Source: Candidatus Rubrivivax defluviihabitans
Lineage (GTDB): Bacteria > Pseudomonadota > Gammaproteobacteria > Burkholderiales > Burkholderiaceae_C
Assembly: GCA_016709385.1 (NCBI GenBank)
Contig: JADJMW010000007.1
Coordinates: 67,744 to 131,743, forward strand
DNA: 64,000 nucleotides
Direction: 5' to 3'
The notes beneath the pieces were generated by a model. The model worked only from the letters and a program-made list of their open reading frames with translations, searched no databases and was not told the origin of the DNA. Numbering within the stretch: position 1 is the first letter of the stretch; each line of letters begins with the position of its first letter. Made by a program: the position numbers and the translations under genes. This document shows positions 17,841 through 28,264 of the stretch, in pieces.

Positions 17841-18721
17841 GGTGCGGGCCTTGGAGAAGGACTTCCCGGTGAGAGGGCGCCGCTGCCGAACTGTGCCAGG
17901 AGGCCGTCCAGCAGCGCCATCAGGTGCCCCTGCAGCACCTCGAAGCCGGCATGCTTGCGCAAGGAGGCGGGGTCCATGTAAAGCCGCTTGTTCACCTCCA
18001 GCTGCAGGCTGTGGCGGCCGCGCGCCGGGTCGGACCAGGCCTGCACCAGCGCCACGCCCTTGAACGGGTCGTTGACCTGCACGCTGTAGCCGTGGCCGGT
18101 CAGCGTGTCGCGCACGAATGCGGTGAATTCGGGCGTGCAGGTGGTGCCGTCGCGGTCGCCGAGCACGATATCGGCGCGCGGCCGGCCGTCCACGCCCTCG
18201 ATAGCCATACTGGTGTTCGGGCCCATCGAATGGCAGTTGAGGTGCCAGACGGCGCCGAAACGCGCATGCGCGCCGTCGAGCAGGCCGCGCAAGGTTTCGT
18301 GGTACGGGCGGTGGTAGTGGGCGATGCGCCGCTGCATCTCGGCCACGCTCAGCCGCCGGTCGTAGATGGGCCGGTCGCCGTCCATCGTGCGCCAGATGAT
18401 CGCCTTGCCGATGCGCGCCTTGGCGCTGGGTTCGAGCGGCTGCGGCCAGGGTTCGGCCAGCAGTTCGGGGTCGATATCGTCGGCGTGGCGGTTGACGTCG
18501 AGGTAGGTGCGTGGAAACAGTGCCGCCAGCAGCGGCACGCCCCTGGCCGTGGCTGGCCGGTAGAGCTCATCGATAAAACTGTCCTCGCCCTCCCGCAGTT
18601 CGGCCTCGGTGCGCACGCTGCAGAAGTCCGACGGCATGGCAGCCCCTGAGTGGGGCGAATCCAGCACCAGCGGCACTTCGGCAGCGGGCGGGCCATGCAC
18701 GACGAGAACGGGGGCTTGCAT
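17837..18721 (-). CDS. N-formylglutamate amidohydrolase-family protein
   Basis: The internal ATG (18721) of ORF 17837-18841 gives MQAPVLVVHGPPAAEVPLVLDSPHSGAAMP...TYLDVNRHADDIDP...WHLNCHSM, which matches the FGase family pattern. It overlaps the downstream gene by 4 bp. Confidence 0.8.
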   Translation of the reverse strand: MQAPVLVVHGPPAAEVPLVLDSPHSGAAMPSDFCSVRTEAELREGEDSFIDELYRPATARGVPLLAALFPRTYLDVNRHADDIDPELLAEPWPQPLEPSAKARIGKAIIWRTMDGDRPIYDRRLSVAEMQRRIAHYHRPYHETLRGLLDGAHARFGAVWHLNCHSMGPNTSMAIEGVDGRPRADIVLGDRDGTTCTPEFTAFVRDTLTGHGYSVQVNDPFKGVALVQAWSDPARGRHSLQLEVNKRLYMDPASLRKHAGFEVLQGHLMALLDGLLAQFGSGALSPGSPSPRPAP

Positions 18722-18867
18722 GGCGCGCAGTATCGCGCGGCCAGGATGCGGGGCGACCCGGATGGTGGCTGCCGGGCGACCCGATAGCATCAGTCCGCGT
18801 TTTCCCGCACCCACTGTCTTTCGTCCCATGCCATGCGGCACGGTCCACCACTGCCAGGAGCTTCCCC

Positions 18868-20658
18868 ATGCAAGAACGTGAACTGCGCGACCTGATCGAA
18901 GACGTCCGCCACGGCAAGCTGCCGCGGCGCCACTTCATCCGGCAGATGGTCGGCCTCGGCCTCACCGCGCCGATGGCTTCGATGATGCTCATGCATTCGG
19001 GCATCGCGCAGGCCCAGACCGCCCTGCCCTACAAGCCCACCAAGCGCGGCGGCGGCGGCGCGCTGAAGGTGCTGTGGTGGCAGGGCCCGGTGCTGCTGAA
19101 CCCGCAATTCGCCACCGGCACCAAGGAACAGGAGGGCTCGCGCATCTTCTACGAGCCGCTGGCGGCCTGGGACGCCGAGGGCAACCTGGTGCCGATCCTG
19201 GCGGCCGAGATTCCATCGCGCGACAACGGTGGCCTGTCGGCCGACGGCAAGAGCGTGACCTGGAAGCTGAAGAAGGGCGTGCAATGGCACGACGGCCAGC
19301 CGTTCACGGCCGACGACGTGGTCTTCAATTGGGAATACCACAAGGACCCGGCCACCAGCTCGAGCTGGATCAGCACCTACCGCGACATCAAGGTCACGAA
19401 GGTCGATTCGCACACGGTGAAGGTCGACTTCCCGAAGCCGACGCCGTTCTGGGCCGAGCCTTTCGTGGGCACGGTGGGCATGATCATTCCCAAGCATGTC
19501 TTCGCGCCGTATATCGGCGCCAAGTCGCGCGAGGCGCCGGCCAATACGCGGCCGGTGGGCACGGGGCCGTACAAGATCGTCGACTTCAAGCCGGGCGACC
19601 TGGTGCGCGCCGAGATCAACAACAGCTACCACATCGCCAACCGGCCGCATTTCGACACCTTCGAGATGAAGGGCGGCGGCGACGCGACCAGTGCCGCGCG
19701 CGCGGTGCTGCAGACCGGCGAATACGACTTCGCCTGGAACCTGCAGGTCGCCGACGAGGTGCTCAAGGGCCTGGAGGCCGGCGGCAAGGGCAAGGTGGCG
19801 GTGGTGCCCGGCGGCAACATCGAATTCATCCAGCTCAACGTCACCGACCCCTGGAACGAGGTGCAGGGTGAACGAGGCCATGTCAGCAGCAAGCACCCGG
19901 CCTTCAGCGACAAGGCGGTGCGCGACGCGATGGCGCTGCTGGTCGACCGCAAGAGCGTGCAGGACTTCATCTACGGCCGCACCGGCGTGGCCACGGCGAA
20001 CTTCCTGAACAACCCGCCGCGTTTCCGCAGCCCGAACCTGAAGTTCGAATTCAACGTCGACAAGGCCAACCAGATCCTGGACGCCGCGGGCTGGGTACGC
20101 GGCAGCGACGGCATCCGCGCCAAGGGCGGCACCAAGCTGAAGTTCGTCTTCCAGACCTCGGTGAACAAGCCGCGCCAGGATACGCAGGCCATCGTCAAGA
20201 GCGCCTGCAGCAAGGCCGGCATCGACCTCGAACTGAAGAGCGTGACGGCGGCGGTGTTCTTCGGCGGCGACCAGGCCAACCCCGACACCTACACCAAGTT
20301 CTGGGCCGACATCCAGATGTACACCACCACCATGACGCAGCCCGACCCGCAACTGTTCATGGAGCAGTACTGCAGCTGGGAGATCGCGCAGAAGGAAAAC
20401 AAGTGGGCCAAGCGCAACATCCTGCGCTGGAAGAACGACGAGTACGACGCCGCCCACCTGGCGGCGCAGAGCGAGCTCGACCCGATGAAACGCGCGGCGC
20501 TGTTCATCAAGATGAACGACCTCATCGGCAACAGCAACCACATCATCCCGGTGGTCTTCCGCCCGCGCGTCTCGGCCACCAATGTCAAGCTCTCGGCGCC
20601 GCTGTCGGGCTGGGACAACGACATGTGGGCGCTGGCGCACTGGTACAAGGAATCCTGA
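18868..20658 (+). CDS. ABC transporter substrate-binding protein, family 5 (peptide/nickel type), Tat signal
   Basis: 596 aa with twin-arginine leader LPRRHFIRQMVGLGLTAPMASMMLMHSGIAQA, then a family-5 SBP-like body. Confidence 0.9.
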   Translation: MQERELRDLIEDVRHGKLPRRHFIRQMVGLGLTAPMASMMLMHSGIAQAQTALPYKPTKRGGGGALKVLWWQGPVLLNPQFATGTKEQEGSRIFYEPLAAWDAEGNLVPILAAEIPSRDNGGLSADGKSVTWKLKKGVQWHDGQPFTADDVVFNWEYHKDPATSSSWISTYRDIKVTKVDSHTVKVDFPKPTPFWAEPFVGTVGMIIPKHVFAPYIGAKSREAPANTRPVGTGPYKIVDFKPGDLVRAEINNSYHIANRPHFDTFEMKGGGDATSAARAVLQTGEYDFAWNLQVADEVLKGLEAGGKGKVAVVPGGNIEFIQLNVTDPWNEVQGERGHVSSKHPAFSDKAVRDAMALLVDRKSVQDFIYGRTGVATANFLNNPPRFRSPNLKFEFNVDKANQILDAAGWVRGSDGIRAKGGTKLKFVFQTSVNKPRQDTQAIVKSACSKAGIDLELKSVTAAVFFGGDQANPDTYTKFWADIQMYTTTMTQPDPQLFMEQYCSWEIAQKENKWAKRNILRWKNDEYDAAHLAAQSELDPMKRAALFIKMNDLIGNSNHIIPVVFRPRVSATNVKLSAPLSGWDNDMWALAHWYKES

Positions 20659-20714
20659 CCGCGGGCGGATGACGCTGCTGCAGGGCGATCACTCGAACGC
20701 GCGCTGAAGTCGCC

Positions 20715-21674
20715 TTGGGCACCTACATCCTGCGCCGGCTGCTGATCGCGGTGCCCAGCCTGCTGGGCATCAGCGTCGTGCTGTTCACGGTGCTGGCGCT
20801 GGCGCCGGGCGACCCGTTCGAGGAACTGGCCACCAACCCCAACGTGCCGCCCGAGGTGCGCATGGCGCTGCGCGCCTCGCTGGGGCTGGACGACCCGGTG
20901 TGGCAGCGTTATATCCACTGGCTCACGAGCATGTTCAAGGGCGAGTGGGGTTTCTCCTTCGTGAGCCGGCTCGACGTCGACACTCTGATCCTGCAGCGAC
21001 TGCCGGTCACCATCGCCGTCATCGGCCTGAGCCAGCTGCTGGCGCTGCTGATCGCGCTGCCGGTGGGCATCCTGGCGGCAGTGAAGCCCTATTCCTGGTT
21101 CGATCGCATCGCCAGCACGCTGTCGTTCATCGGCTTTTCGCTGCCGACCTTCTTCACCGGCCTCTTGTTCATCCTGTTCTTCAGCATCACCCTCGACTGG
21201 TTTCCCTTCGTCTTCCAGGGTGAGGTGGCGGCCACCGGCTTCGGCTGGTGGGTGGTGCAGTTCAAGCAGGCCATCATGCCGATCATGGTGCTGGGCCTGT
21301 TCCAGGCCGCGAGCTGGATGCGCTACGTGCGCTCGAGCGTGCTCGACGTGGTGCGCCTGGACTATGTGACCACCGCACGCAGCAAGGGCCTGAAGGAGCG
21401 CATGGTCATCCTCAAGCACGTGGTGCGCAATGCCTTGATCCCGGTGGTGACGCTGGTGGCGCTGCAGGTGCCGGGCATCTTCGGCGGCGCCATCGTCACC
21501 GAGCAGATCTTCCGCATCCCCGGCATCGGCAGCCTGCTCATCGACAGCATCCTGCGCAACGACACGCCGGTGATCATGGCCGTGACCTTCGTCTTCGCCT
21601 GCCTGGTGGTGCTGTTCAACCTGGTGGCCGACTTGCTGTATGGCTGGCTCGACCCCCGCATCTCCTATCGGTGA
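20715..21674 (+). CDS. ABC transporter permease (DppB/OppB-like)
   Basis: MGTYILRRLLIAVPSLLGISVVLF... with a TTG start as given by the track. The protein is multi-TM. Confidence 0.9.
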   Translation: MGTYILRRLLIAVPSLLGISVVLFTVLALAPGDPFEELATNPNVPPEVRMALRASLGLDDPVWQRYIHWLTSMFKGEWGFSFVSRLDVDTLILQRLPVTIAVIGLSQLLALLIALPVGILAAVKPYSWFDRIASTLSFIGFSLPTFFTGLLFILFFSITLDWFPFVFQGEVAATGFGWWVVQFKQAIMPIMVLGLFQAASWMRYVRSSVLDVVRLDYVTTARSKGLKERMVILKHVVRNALIPVVTLVALQVPGIFGGAIVTEQIFRIPGIGSLLIDSILRNDTPVIMAVTFVFACLVVLFNLVADLLYGWLDPRISYR

Positions 21675-22571
21675 GGCGGCGGGCGGGCGCAAGCCCGTCA
21701 GCACCTCGCCCTGGGCCGAGGCCTGGCGGCGCTTCAAGCGCCACCGCCTGGCGCTGGCCAGCCTGTGGCTGCTGGCGCTGCTGTCGCTGGTGGTGCTGCT
21801 GGGGCCCCTGGTCTACCAGGTGGGCATCAACGACATCGATTTCACGGCGCGCATGAAAGGCCCCTCGGGCGCACACCCGCTGGGCACCGACGACCTGGGG
21901 CGCGACCTGCTGGCGCGCATGCTCTACGGCGGCCGCATCTCGCTGGCGGTGGGCTTCGCGGCCATGTTCACAGGCATCCTCATCGGCATCGTCATCGGCG
22001 CCATCGCCGGCATCTCGCGCGGCTGGGTCGACACCGTGCTGATGTGGGTCACCGACCTCTTCCTCAGCCTGCCCACGCTGCCGGTGCTGCTGCTGCTGAT
22101 CTTCTTCTTCCGCGACGCGCTGAAGAGCGTGTTCGGGCCCGAGGTGGGCATCTTCCTGCTCATCGTGCTGGTCATCGGGGGCTTGAGCTGGATGCCGGTG
22201 GCGCGGCTGGTGCGGGCGCAGTTCTTCAGCCTGCGCGAGAAGGAATTCGTCGAGGCCGCGCGCGCCCTGGGTGCCAGCGTGCCGCGCCAGGTGGTGCGGC
22301 ATATCCTGCCCAACGCGCTGGGGCCGGTGATCGTGGCCGCCACCATCAACATTGCCGCGGCGATCATCGCCGAGAGCACGCTGTCCTTCCTGGGCCTGGG
22401 CTTCCCGCCCGATATTCCCACCTGGGGCCGCATCCTCAACGACAGCCGCGACTACCTGGACATCGCCACCCACTGGGCGCTGTTTCCGGGCCTGGCCATC
22501 TTCATCGCCGTGTTGACGATCAATTTCATCGGCGACGGCCTGCGCGACGCGCTGGACCCCCGCCGCGTGTT

Positions 22572-22575
<4 letters not shown>
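21640..22575 (+). CDS. ABC transporter permease (DppC/OppC-like)
   Basis: WRRFKRHRLALASLWLLALLSLVVLLGPLVY..., GTDDLGRDLLARMLYGGRISL. The start is uncertain, because the ATG at 21640 overlaps the upstream gene by 35 nt. Confidence 0.85.
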
Positions 22576-23551
<976 letters not shown>

Positions 23552-23555
<4 letters not shown>

Positions 23556-24571
23556 ACGCGCCGGCACCGAACCCGAAACTGCCCGCGGCGAAACGGCTCG
23601 ACCTGCCCTTGCTCAAGGTCGAGAACCTGGTCAAGCGCTTCCCCATCAAGGGCGGCCTGTTCTCGCGCGTGGTGGACCATGTGCATGCCGTGGACGGTGT
23701 CAGCTTCGAACTGGCCGCAGGCGAGACCCTGGGCGTGGTGGGTGAGAGCGGCTGCGGCAAGAGCACCACCGGCCGCTGCGTCCTGCGCCTGATCGAACCG
23801 ACCTCGGGCGAGGTGACCTTCGCCGGACGCAGCGTTACCGGCGCCGGCAAGACCGAGCTGCGCGCGCTGGCGCGCGACATGCAGATCATCTTCCAGGACC
23901 CGTATGCGAGCCTGAACCCGCGCATGACGGTGGGCGCCATCATCGGCGAGGCGCTCACCATCCACAAGCTGACGAAGACGCCCGGCGAGTACCACGAGCG
24001 CATCGTGCAGCTGCTGGAAACGGTGGGCCTGGCGGCCGACCACATGCGGCGCTTTCCGCACGAATTCAGCGGTGGCCAGCGACAGCGCATCGGCATCGCA
24101 CGCGCGCTGGCGGTGAGGCCGAAGCTGATCGTCTGCGACGAGGCGGTGAGCGCGCTCGACGTCTCCATTCAGGCCCAGGTGATCAACCTGCTGGAAGACC
24201 TGCGCAGCCAGTTCGACTTGAGCTATGTCTTCATCGCGCACGACCTGAGTGTGGTCGAGCACATCAGCCACCGCGTGGCGGTGATGTACCTGGGCCGCAT
24301 CGTCGAGATCGCACCGAGCAAGGCGCTGTACACGAACCCCTTGCACCCCTACACCGAGGCGCTGATGTCGGCGGTGCCGATTCCCGACCCGAGCATCAAG
24401 CGCAAGCGCATTCCGCTGCAGGGCGACGTGCCCAGCCCCATCCACCCGCCCCAGGGCTGCCACTTCCACACCCGCTGCCCGATCGCGAAACACCCGCTGT
24501 GCAGCACCGAGCAGCCCATGCTGAAGCAGAGCGGCGAAGGGCACTGGGTAGCCTGCCATTTGCGCGGATAG
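23552..24571 (+). CDS. ABC transporter ATP-binding protein (DppF-like)
   Basis: The GTG start overlaps the upstream stop. It has Walker A GESGCGKST, signature FSGGQRQR, and the C-terminal oligopeptide-type motif PPQGCHFHTRCP. Confidence 0.9.
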
Positions 24572-24693
24572 ATGGCTCAACCAGTGGACGTGCATCGACG
24601 GTATCGATCGATGGTGCGGCTGCGCGGCACGGAAGCACGGATGCGCGGCAAGTTGGGACGGCGCGGACAGGCGGTGCGGAGCGATGATCGTAT

Positions 24694-24935
24694 TCAGGCG
24701 ACGCAGCCTGGCGGAACGCCCCGGCCGCGCGCCGCGCCGCCGCTGGCGGCCGCTCCCGTCGCAGCCGCAAAGGGTGGCGCCGGCGCGAGATGCCCCGGTG
24801 CGCCGCCCAGTGCGTCGAGCGGGCTGCGCACCGCGCCACCGCCCATGCGCAGCACATGCGCAGCACATGCGTATAGATCATCGTGGTGCTGACGTCGGCG
24901 TGACCCAGCAGTTCCTGCAGGCCCCTCGTCGTTTC
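24694..24935 (-). pseudogene. intI: 3' remnant of an integron-integrase-like tyrosine recombinase, frameshifted
   Basis: The minus strand reads RGLQELLGHADVSTTMIYTHVLRM, then an 11-bp tandem duplication, then GGGAVRSPLDAL... This is the IntI-type C-terminus, including the catalytic Tyr box. Nothing upstream of the box II region is present. Confidence 0.6.
24845..24866. repeat. 11-bp tandem duplication (atgcgcagcac x2) inside the integrase remnant
   Basis: Read directly. Removing one copy restores the frame IYTHVLRMGGGAVRSPLDAL. Confidence 0.85.
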
Positions 24936-24981
24936 GTGTGGAATCCAACAGTCAGAATCGCTGGTCGTCGTCGAGCCCCGG

Positions 24982-25287
24982 TCACCCGGCCACCGGCCGA
25001 AAAACGCGGATCCTGGGCGAGAGCTTGGCTCGGAGTTCCCGGTCGGCGACTCGGATGTCGTACTCGGACTGCAGGTTCAGCCAGAACCGGGCCTCCATGC
25101 CGAAGAACAACCCGAGCCGAAGCGCTGTATCCGCGGTGATGGGGCGCTGGCCATTCACCAGTTCGCTGATCCTGCTCGGCGAGACATCGATGTTCGCCGC
25201 AAGTTGGCGGGCACTGATGCCCATGGGCTTCATGAAGTCCTCGAGCAGGATCTCGCCCGGATGAATCTCGTCAAGCAACTTGGCCAT
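24982..25287 (-). CDS. higA: HigA-family antitoxin (XRE-type HTH)
   Basis: MAKLLDEIHPGEILLEDFMKPMGISARQLAANIDVSPSRISELVNGQRPITADTALRLGLFFGMEARFWLNLQSEYD. This is the classical HigA pattern. Confidence 0.85.
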   Translation of the reverse strand: MAKLLDEIHPGEILLEDFMKPMGISARQLAANIDVSPSRISELVNGQRPITADTALRLGLFFGMEARFWLNLQSEYDIRVADRELRAKLSPRIRVFRPVAG

Positions 25288-25298
25288 GTTTCAAAGTC

Positions 25299-25400
25299 CT
25301 AGTGGTAGTCCACGATCTCGACGCTGTGCGCTCCGTCGGTCTTCCAGACTCAATGAGCGGTCGGTCACCGGTCATGTTGAGAAAGCAGATCCCTTTGACA
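25299..25400 (-). pseudogene. higB: decayed higB (RelE/ParE-superfamily toxin) remnant
   Basis: VWKTDGAHSVEIVDYH* (stop at 25299-25301) is a HigB C-terminus, but a stop codon immediately precedes it. A possible ...LNMTGDRPLI... piece sits in another frame. No intact ORF exists. The upper boundary is approximate. Confidence 0.45.
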
Positions 25401-25872
25401 GCGGTCGTTTGCGAGCGGCAAACGCCGATCTGGACGCGACGCGGCCAAGCGGCTGAATCCGAGGGCTCGCGACCTGACAGCTGCTGACGCGCTCTTGACG
25501 GCCACCCATCCAAATCGCAGGTTCCAGAGCGACCGTTGAGAAGGGACGGGCGAGCAACCGCCGCACGATACCTGCCGATTTCGTCCTGCTCGTCGGCGAG
25601 GTACTGCACGGGTGCCGAGTTGCAACGGATCTCATGGGCGTCCGGCCAAGCAGTTGGCCACAGTGTTTCGAGCGGCGCGGCACGCCCCGGACCGACAACG
25701 CCATCAGGGCGTGTCGTCTGTGAGCCGCCGTGGCACCGCTGACACGCGCCACACTCGGGCGCATAGCGTTCGGGCAGACATCGTCTTGTTGCCGGGAATG
25801 GAGCGCGACAGGAGCAGCGCCCGTGGCTCACCACAAGAGCCGCTCCTACCATGTCGGCAGGTCTGAGCCCGG

Positions 25873-26265
25873 TCACTTGACCTTGAAGTCGAACCGTGGG
25901 TGGCAGTCGAGACAGAAGTTCACCGACTTCTCGTGCTGCCGATGGCAGAGTCCGCAATCGGCCTCGGTGCCGTAGTGGCGCGACTCGTGCGGATTCACCG
26001 GCTTCACGTTGGCGGTCGATGCAGCCAGGGCCTTGGAGTCGCCGTCGGCATGACAGCTGAGGCAGGTTTCCATCGACACCGGCTCCGACTTCTTCGCTTC
26101 CCCGTGACACTTCACGCAGCGCACGCGATTGTCGGCATGCAGCTTGCCGAGCGGCCCTTCCGTCGTCCTTGTTGCGTCTTGAGCGCCGACTGCGCCGGCA
26201 AGAAAGACGCCCACCATCAAGGCGAGTGTGGCCGACAGGAAGTTGCGCAAGGATTTGTCGCTCAT
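25873..26265 (-). CDS. tetraheme c-type cytochrome (cytochrome c3-like small subunit), Sec signal
   Basis: The internal ATG (26265) gives MSDKSLRNFLSATLALMVGVFLAGAVGAQD..., followed by four CXXCH motifs (CVKCH, CLSCH, CGLCH, CLDCH). Confidence 0.85.
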   Translation of the reverse strand: MSDKSLRNFLSATLALMVGVFLAGAVGAQDATRTTEGPLGKLHADNRVRCVKCHGEAKKSEPVSMETCLSCHADGDSKALAASTANVKPVNPHESRHYGTEADCGLCHRQHEKSVNFCLDCHPRFDFKVK

Positions 26266-26383
26266 TTGTTTCCCCAGTCCTGAACATGGCGCCGAGAACG
26301 GCAGGGCCCGTTCGCAGCCGATTCGATTGACATTGACCGTCCCCTTCGCCCCTCGGGCGATCGAAGCTCTGCCCCTCGGGCAA

Positions 26384-28069
26384 TCAAAGCTTCGCCACAT
26401 GACGTCCGGCCAGGTAGCCGAAGGTGTAGCAGCGGCCCAGGGACAGGCCGAAGACGGTGAGCGGGTAGTCGACGCCGCCGTAGAAGCCGCCGCCCAGGTT
26501 CCCGATCAGGTATAGGCCCTGGATGGGCTTGCCATCGGCGTCCAGGGCCTGATGGTTCTCGTCGACCAGCATGCCCGAGGTGATCGCGGAGACACGGACT
26601 CTGCGGTGAATGCCGTAGAAGGGCGGCTTGACGACGGGAATCAGCCGGTCGGCGGGCTTGCCGAAGTCGTCGTCCTTGCCAGCGGCAACGAGTTCGTTGT
26701 AGCGCCTGACGGTCGCCGCCAGGCCCGCGGCGTCGATCCCGAGCTTGCCGGCCAGTTCCTCGAGCGTGTCGGCCACATAGGTGTTGACCTGCGACGGGAA
26801 GACGCCCTTCTTCGGGGTCGGATCTTCGGGCATGTAGTTTTTCAGGCCCTCCGGCGGCACCAGCCTGCCCGGCCAGTTCGCGGCCCGCGTCATGTAGTCG
26901 GCATCGAAGATCTGGCAGTAGTGCCCGGCGTCCTTCGCATCGCGCAGGTAGTTGTTGAGCAGGGACATCTCGACGCTCTCGTTGACGAAGCGCCTGCCCG
27001 CCCGATTCACGGCCAGGAAGGGCATGTCGCACATCGAGGCCGGGCCGGCGTCGAAGTCGTGCAGCATCTTGGTGTGGCCGATGGGCTCGATCACGCCGCC
27101 GGCCCAGTAGGCCATGGCGAAACCGTCACCGGTGCGGTCCATCTGCTTGCGGCCGAAATGCTTCAGGTCGGGGATGAAGTAGTCGCACATCGCCTTGTTG
27201 TTCTGGTAGTCGCCGGTGGCCACGATGACGCCCTTGGTGGCCAGGAACTTCCTGTACTTGCCGTCCTTGCCCTTGGCGATGACGCCCTTGACCTCGCCGG
27301 CGGCGTTCTGCACCAGTTGCTCGGCGGGCATGCGGAAGAAGAACTGCACGCCGGCCTTCTGGGCCACCTGGGCCAGGGCACGCATGCCGTCGCCCGTGGT
27401 GTAGGGCTTGGGGCCGAAGAACGACGTGACGTAGTTCAGCGTATAGCCATTGAGTTTGCGGATGGCGAACTGCGGTGCACTGCCCTGGTCGACGACTTGC
27501 GCGCCGCCCTGCTTGGCGCGGTCGATGACCCAGCGCACGGCCTCGCCCGAGTGGTAGGCCCATTGCCGGATGAGCGCCGGGTTGCAGCGGTGGTTGTTGT
27601 CGTTCAGGAGCTTGGCGACCAGCGCCTCGATGCCGGCCTTGTCGCTGGTGGCCAGGTCGATCCCCGAACCGGTATTGCCCTGCGACATCGGCATGGGGTG
27701 CTTCTGGATCACGGCGACCTTGGCGCCGCTCTCGGCGGCCGCGAGGGCCGCCGGAACACCCGATGCACCCGCGCCGACCACGACGACGTCGAAGCTCAGC
27801 GTTTCCTTGATATCCGCGTCGGCAATCGGCCTGGGCTTGGGCAGAAAGGACAGTGTCGCGCCGCCATCGGAACTGCGGGCGAAATTGCCGCTGCTGTCCA
27901 CCGCCGCGCCAGCAGCTTCGGCGGCCAAGCTGGCCAGCCCGAGCGCACCGACGCCCGCGGCACCGGCAGCCGTGCGCGAAAAGAAGCTCCGGCGCGAGAT
28001 GCCGTGGGCCAGCACGTCCCGGGTATAGCCGTCCATCCCTTTTGTCGCCAGCGATCGGTCCTTGCTCAT
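26384..28069 (-). CDS. periplasmic FAD-dependent oxidoreductase (flavocytochrome c / fumarate-reductase-like flavoprotein), Tat signal
   Basis: The internal ATG (28069) gives MSKDRSLATKGMDGYTRDVLAHGISRRSFFSRTAAGAAGVGALGLASLAAEAAGA. The dinucleotide fold is DVVVVGAGASGVPAALAAAESGAKVAVIQK. The body resembles FAD-binding_2 / KstD / fumarate reductase proteins. Confidence 0.85.
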   Translation of the reverse strand: MSKDRSLATKGMDGYTRDVLAHGISRRSFFSRTAAGAAGVGALGLASLAAEAAGAAVDSSGNFARSSDGGATLSFLPKPRPIADADIKETLSFDVVVVGAGASGVPAALAAAESGAKVAVIQKHPMPMSQGNTGSGIDLATSDKAGIEALVAKLLNDNNHRCNPALIRQWAYHSGEAVRWVIDRAKQGGAQVVDQGSAPQFAIRKLNGYTLNYVTSFFGPKPYTTGDGMRALAQVAQKAGVQFFFRMPAEQLVQNAAGEVKGVIAKGKDGKYRKFLATKGVIVATGDYQNNKAMCDYFIPDLKHFGRKQMDRTGDGFAMAYWAGGVIEPIGHTKMLHDFDAGPASMCDMPFLAVNRAGRRFVNESVEMSLLNNYLRDAKDAGHYCQIFDADYMTRAANWPGRLVPPEGLKNYMPEDPTPKKGVFPSQVNTYVADTLEELAGKLGIDAAGLAATVRRYNELVAAGKDDDFGKPADRLIPVVKPPFYGIHRRVRVSAITSGMLVDENHQALDADGKPIQGLYLIGNLGGGFYGGVDYPLTVFGLSLGRCYTFGYLAGRHVAKL

Positions 28070-28183
28070 CGTCTGCTCCTCGAAGTGACGCGGCGACACC
28101 TGCAACCGAACCCGGTCGCCAGATCACCGCATCTTGGTATAAACCCTAATCTCCAATCGATTGTGGGAGGGGAGTGGGCATTG

Positions 28184-28202
28184 ATCCAGTCGCTTTTTGG
28201 AT
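28184..28202. promoter_or_regulatory. dyad ATCCA-N9-TGGAT in the divergent LysR/flavocytochrome intergenic region
   Basis: Read directly in the AT-richer 28070-28264 spacer. It is a candidate LysR-type site only. Confidence 0.3.
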
Positions 28203-28264
28203 GGTCGGATAAGCCCCGCGAATAGCATTGGGCTGCTTCAGCGTCCCCGATCGAGACCGTTGCC

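Noticed and set aside
24936-25560. attC/attI recombination sites around the higBA module.
   Set aside because: One RYYYAAC-type match (ATCCAAC near 24947) was seen. No properly spaced GTTRRRY partner or imperfect palindrome could be found by eye. A covariance-model scan is needed.
25271-26383. 370-aa minus-strand ORF spanning the cytochrome gene and the 25400-25870 spacer. It includes a CQRCH (CXXCH-like) motif.
   Set aside because: It overlaps the real tetraheme cytochrome in a different frame. The remaining part has no recognisable domain, no convincing start or RBS, and an Arg-rich composition. The single CXXCH is likely chance. The 25400-25870 stretch is left unannotated.
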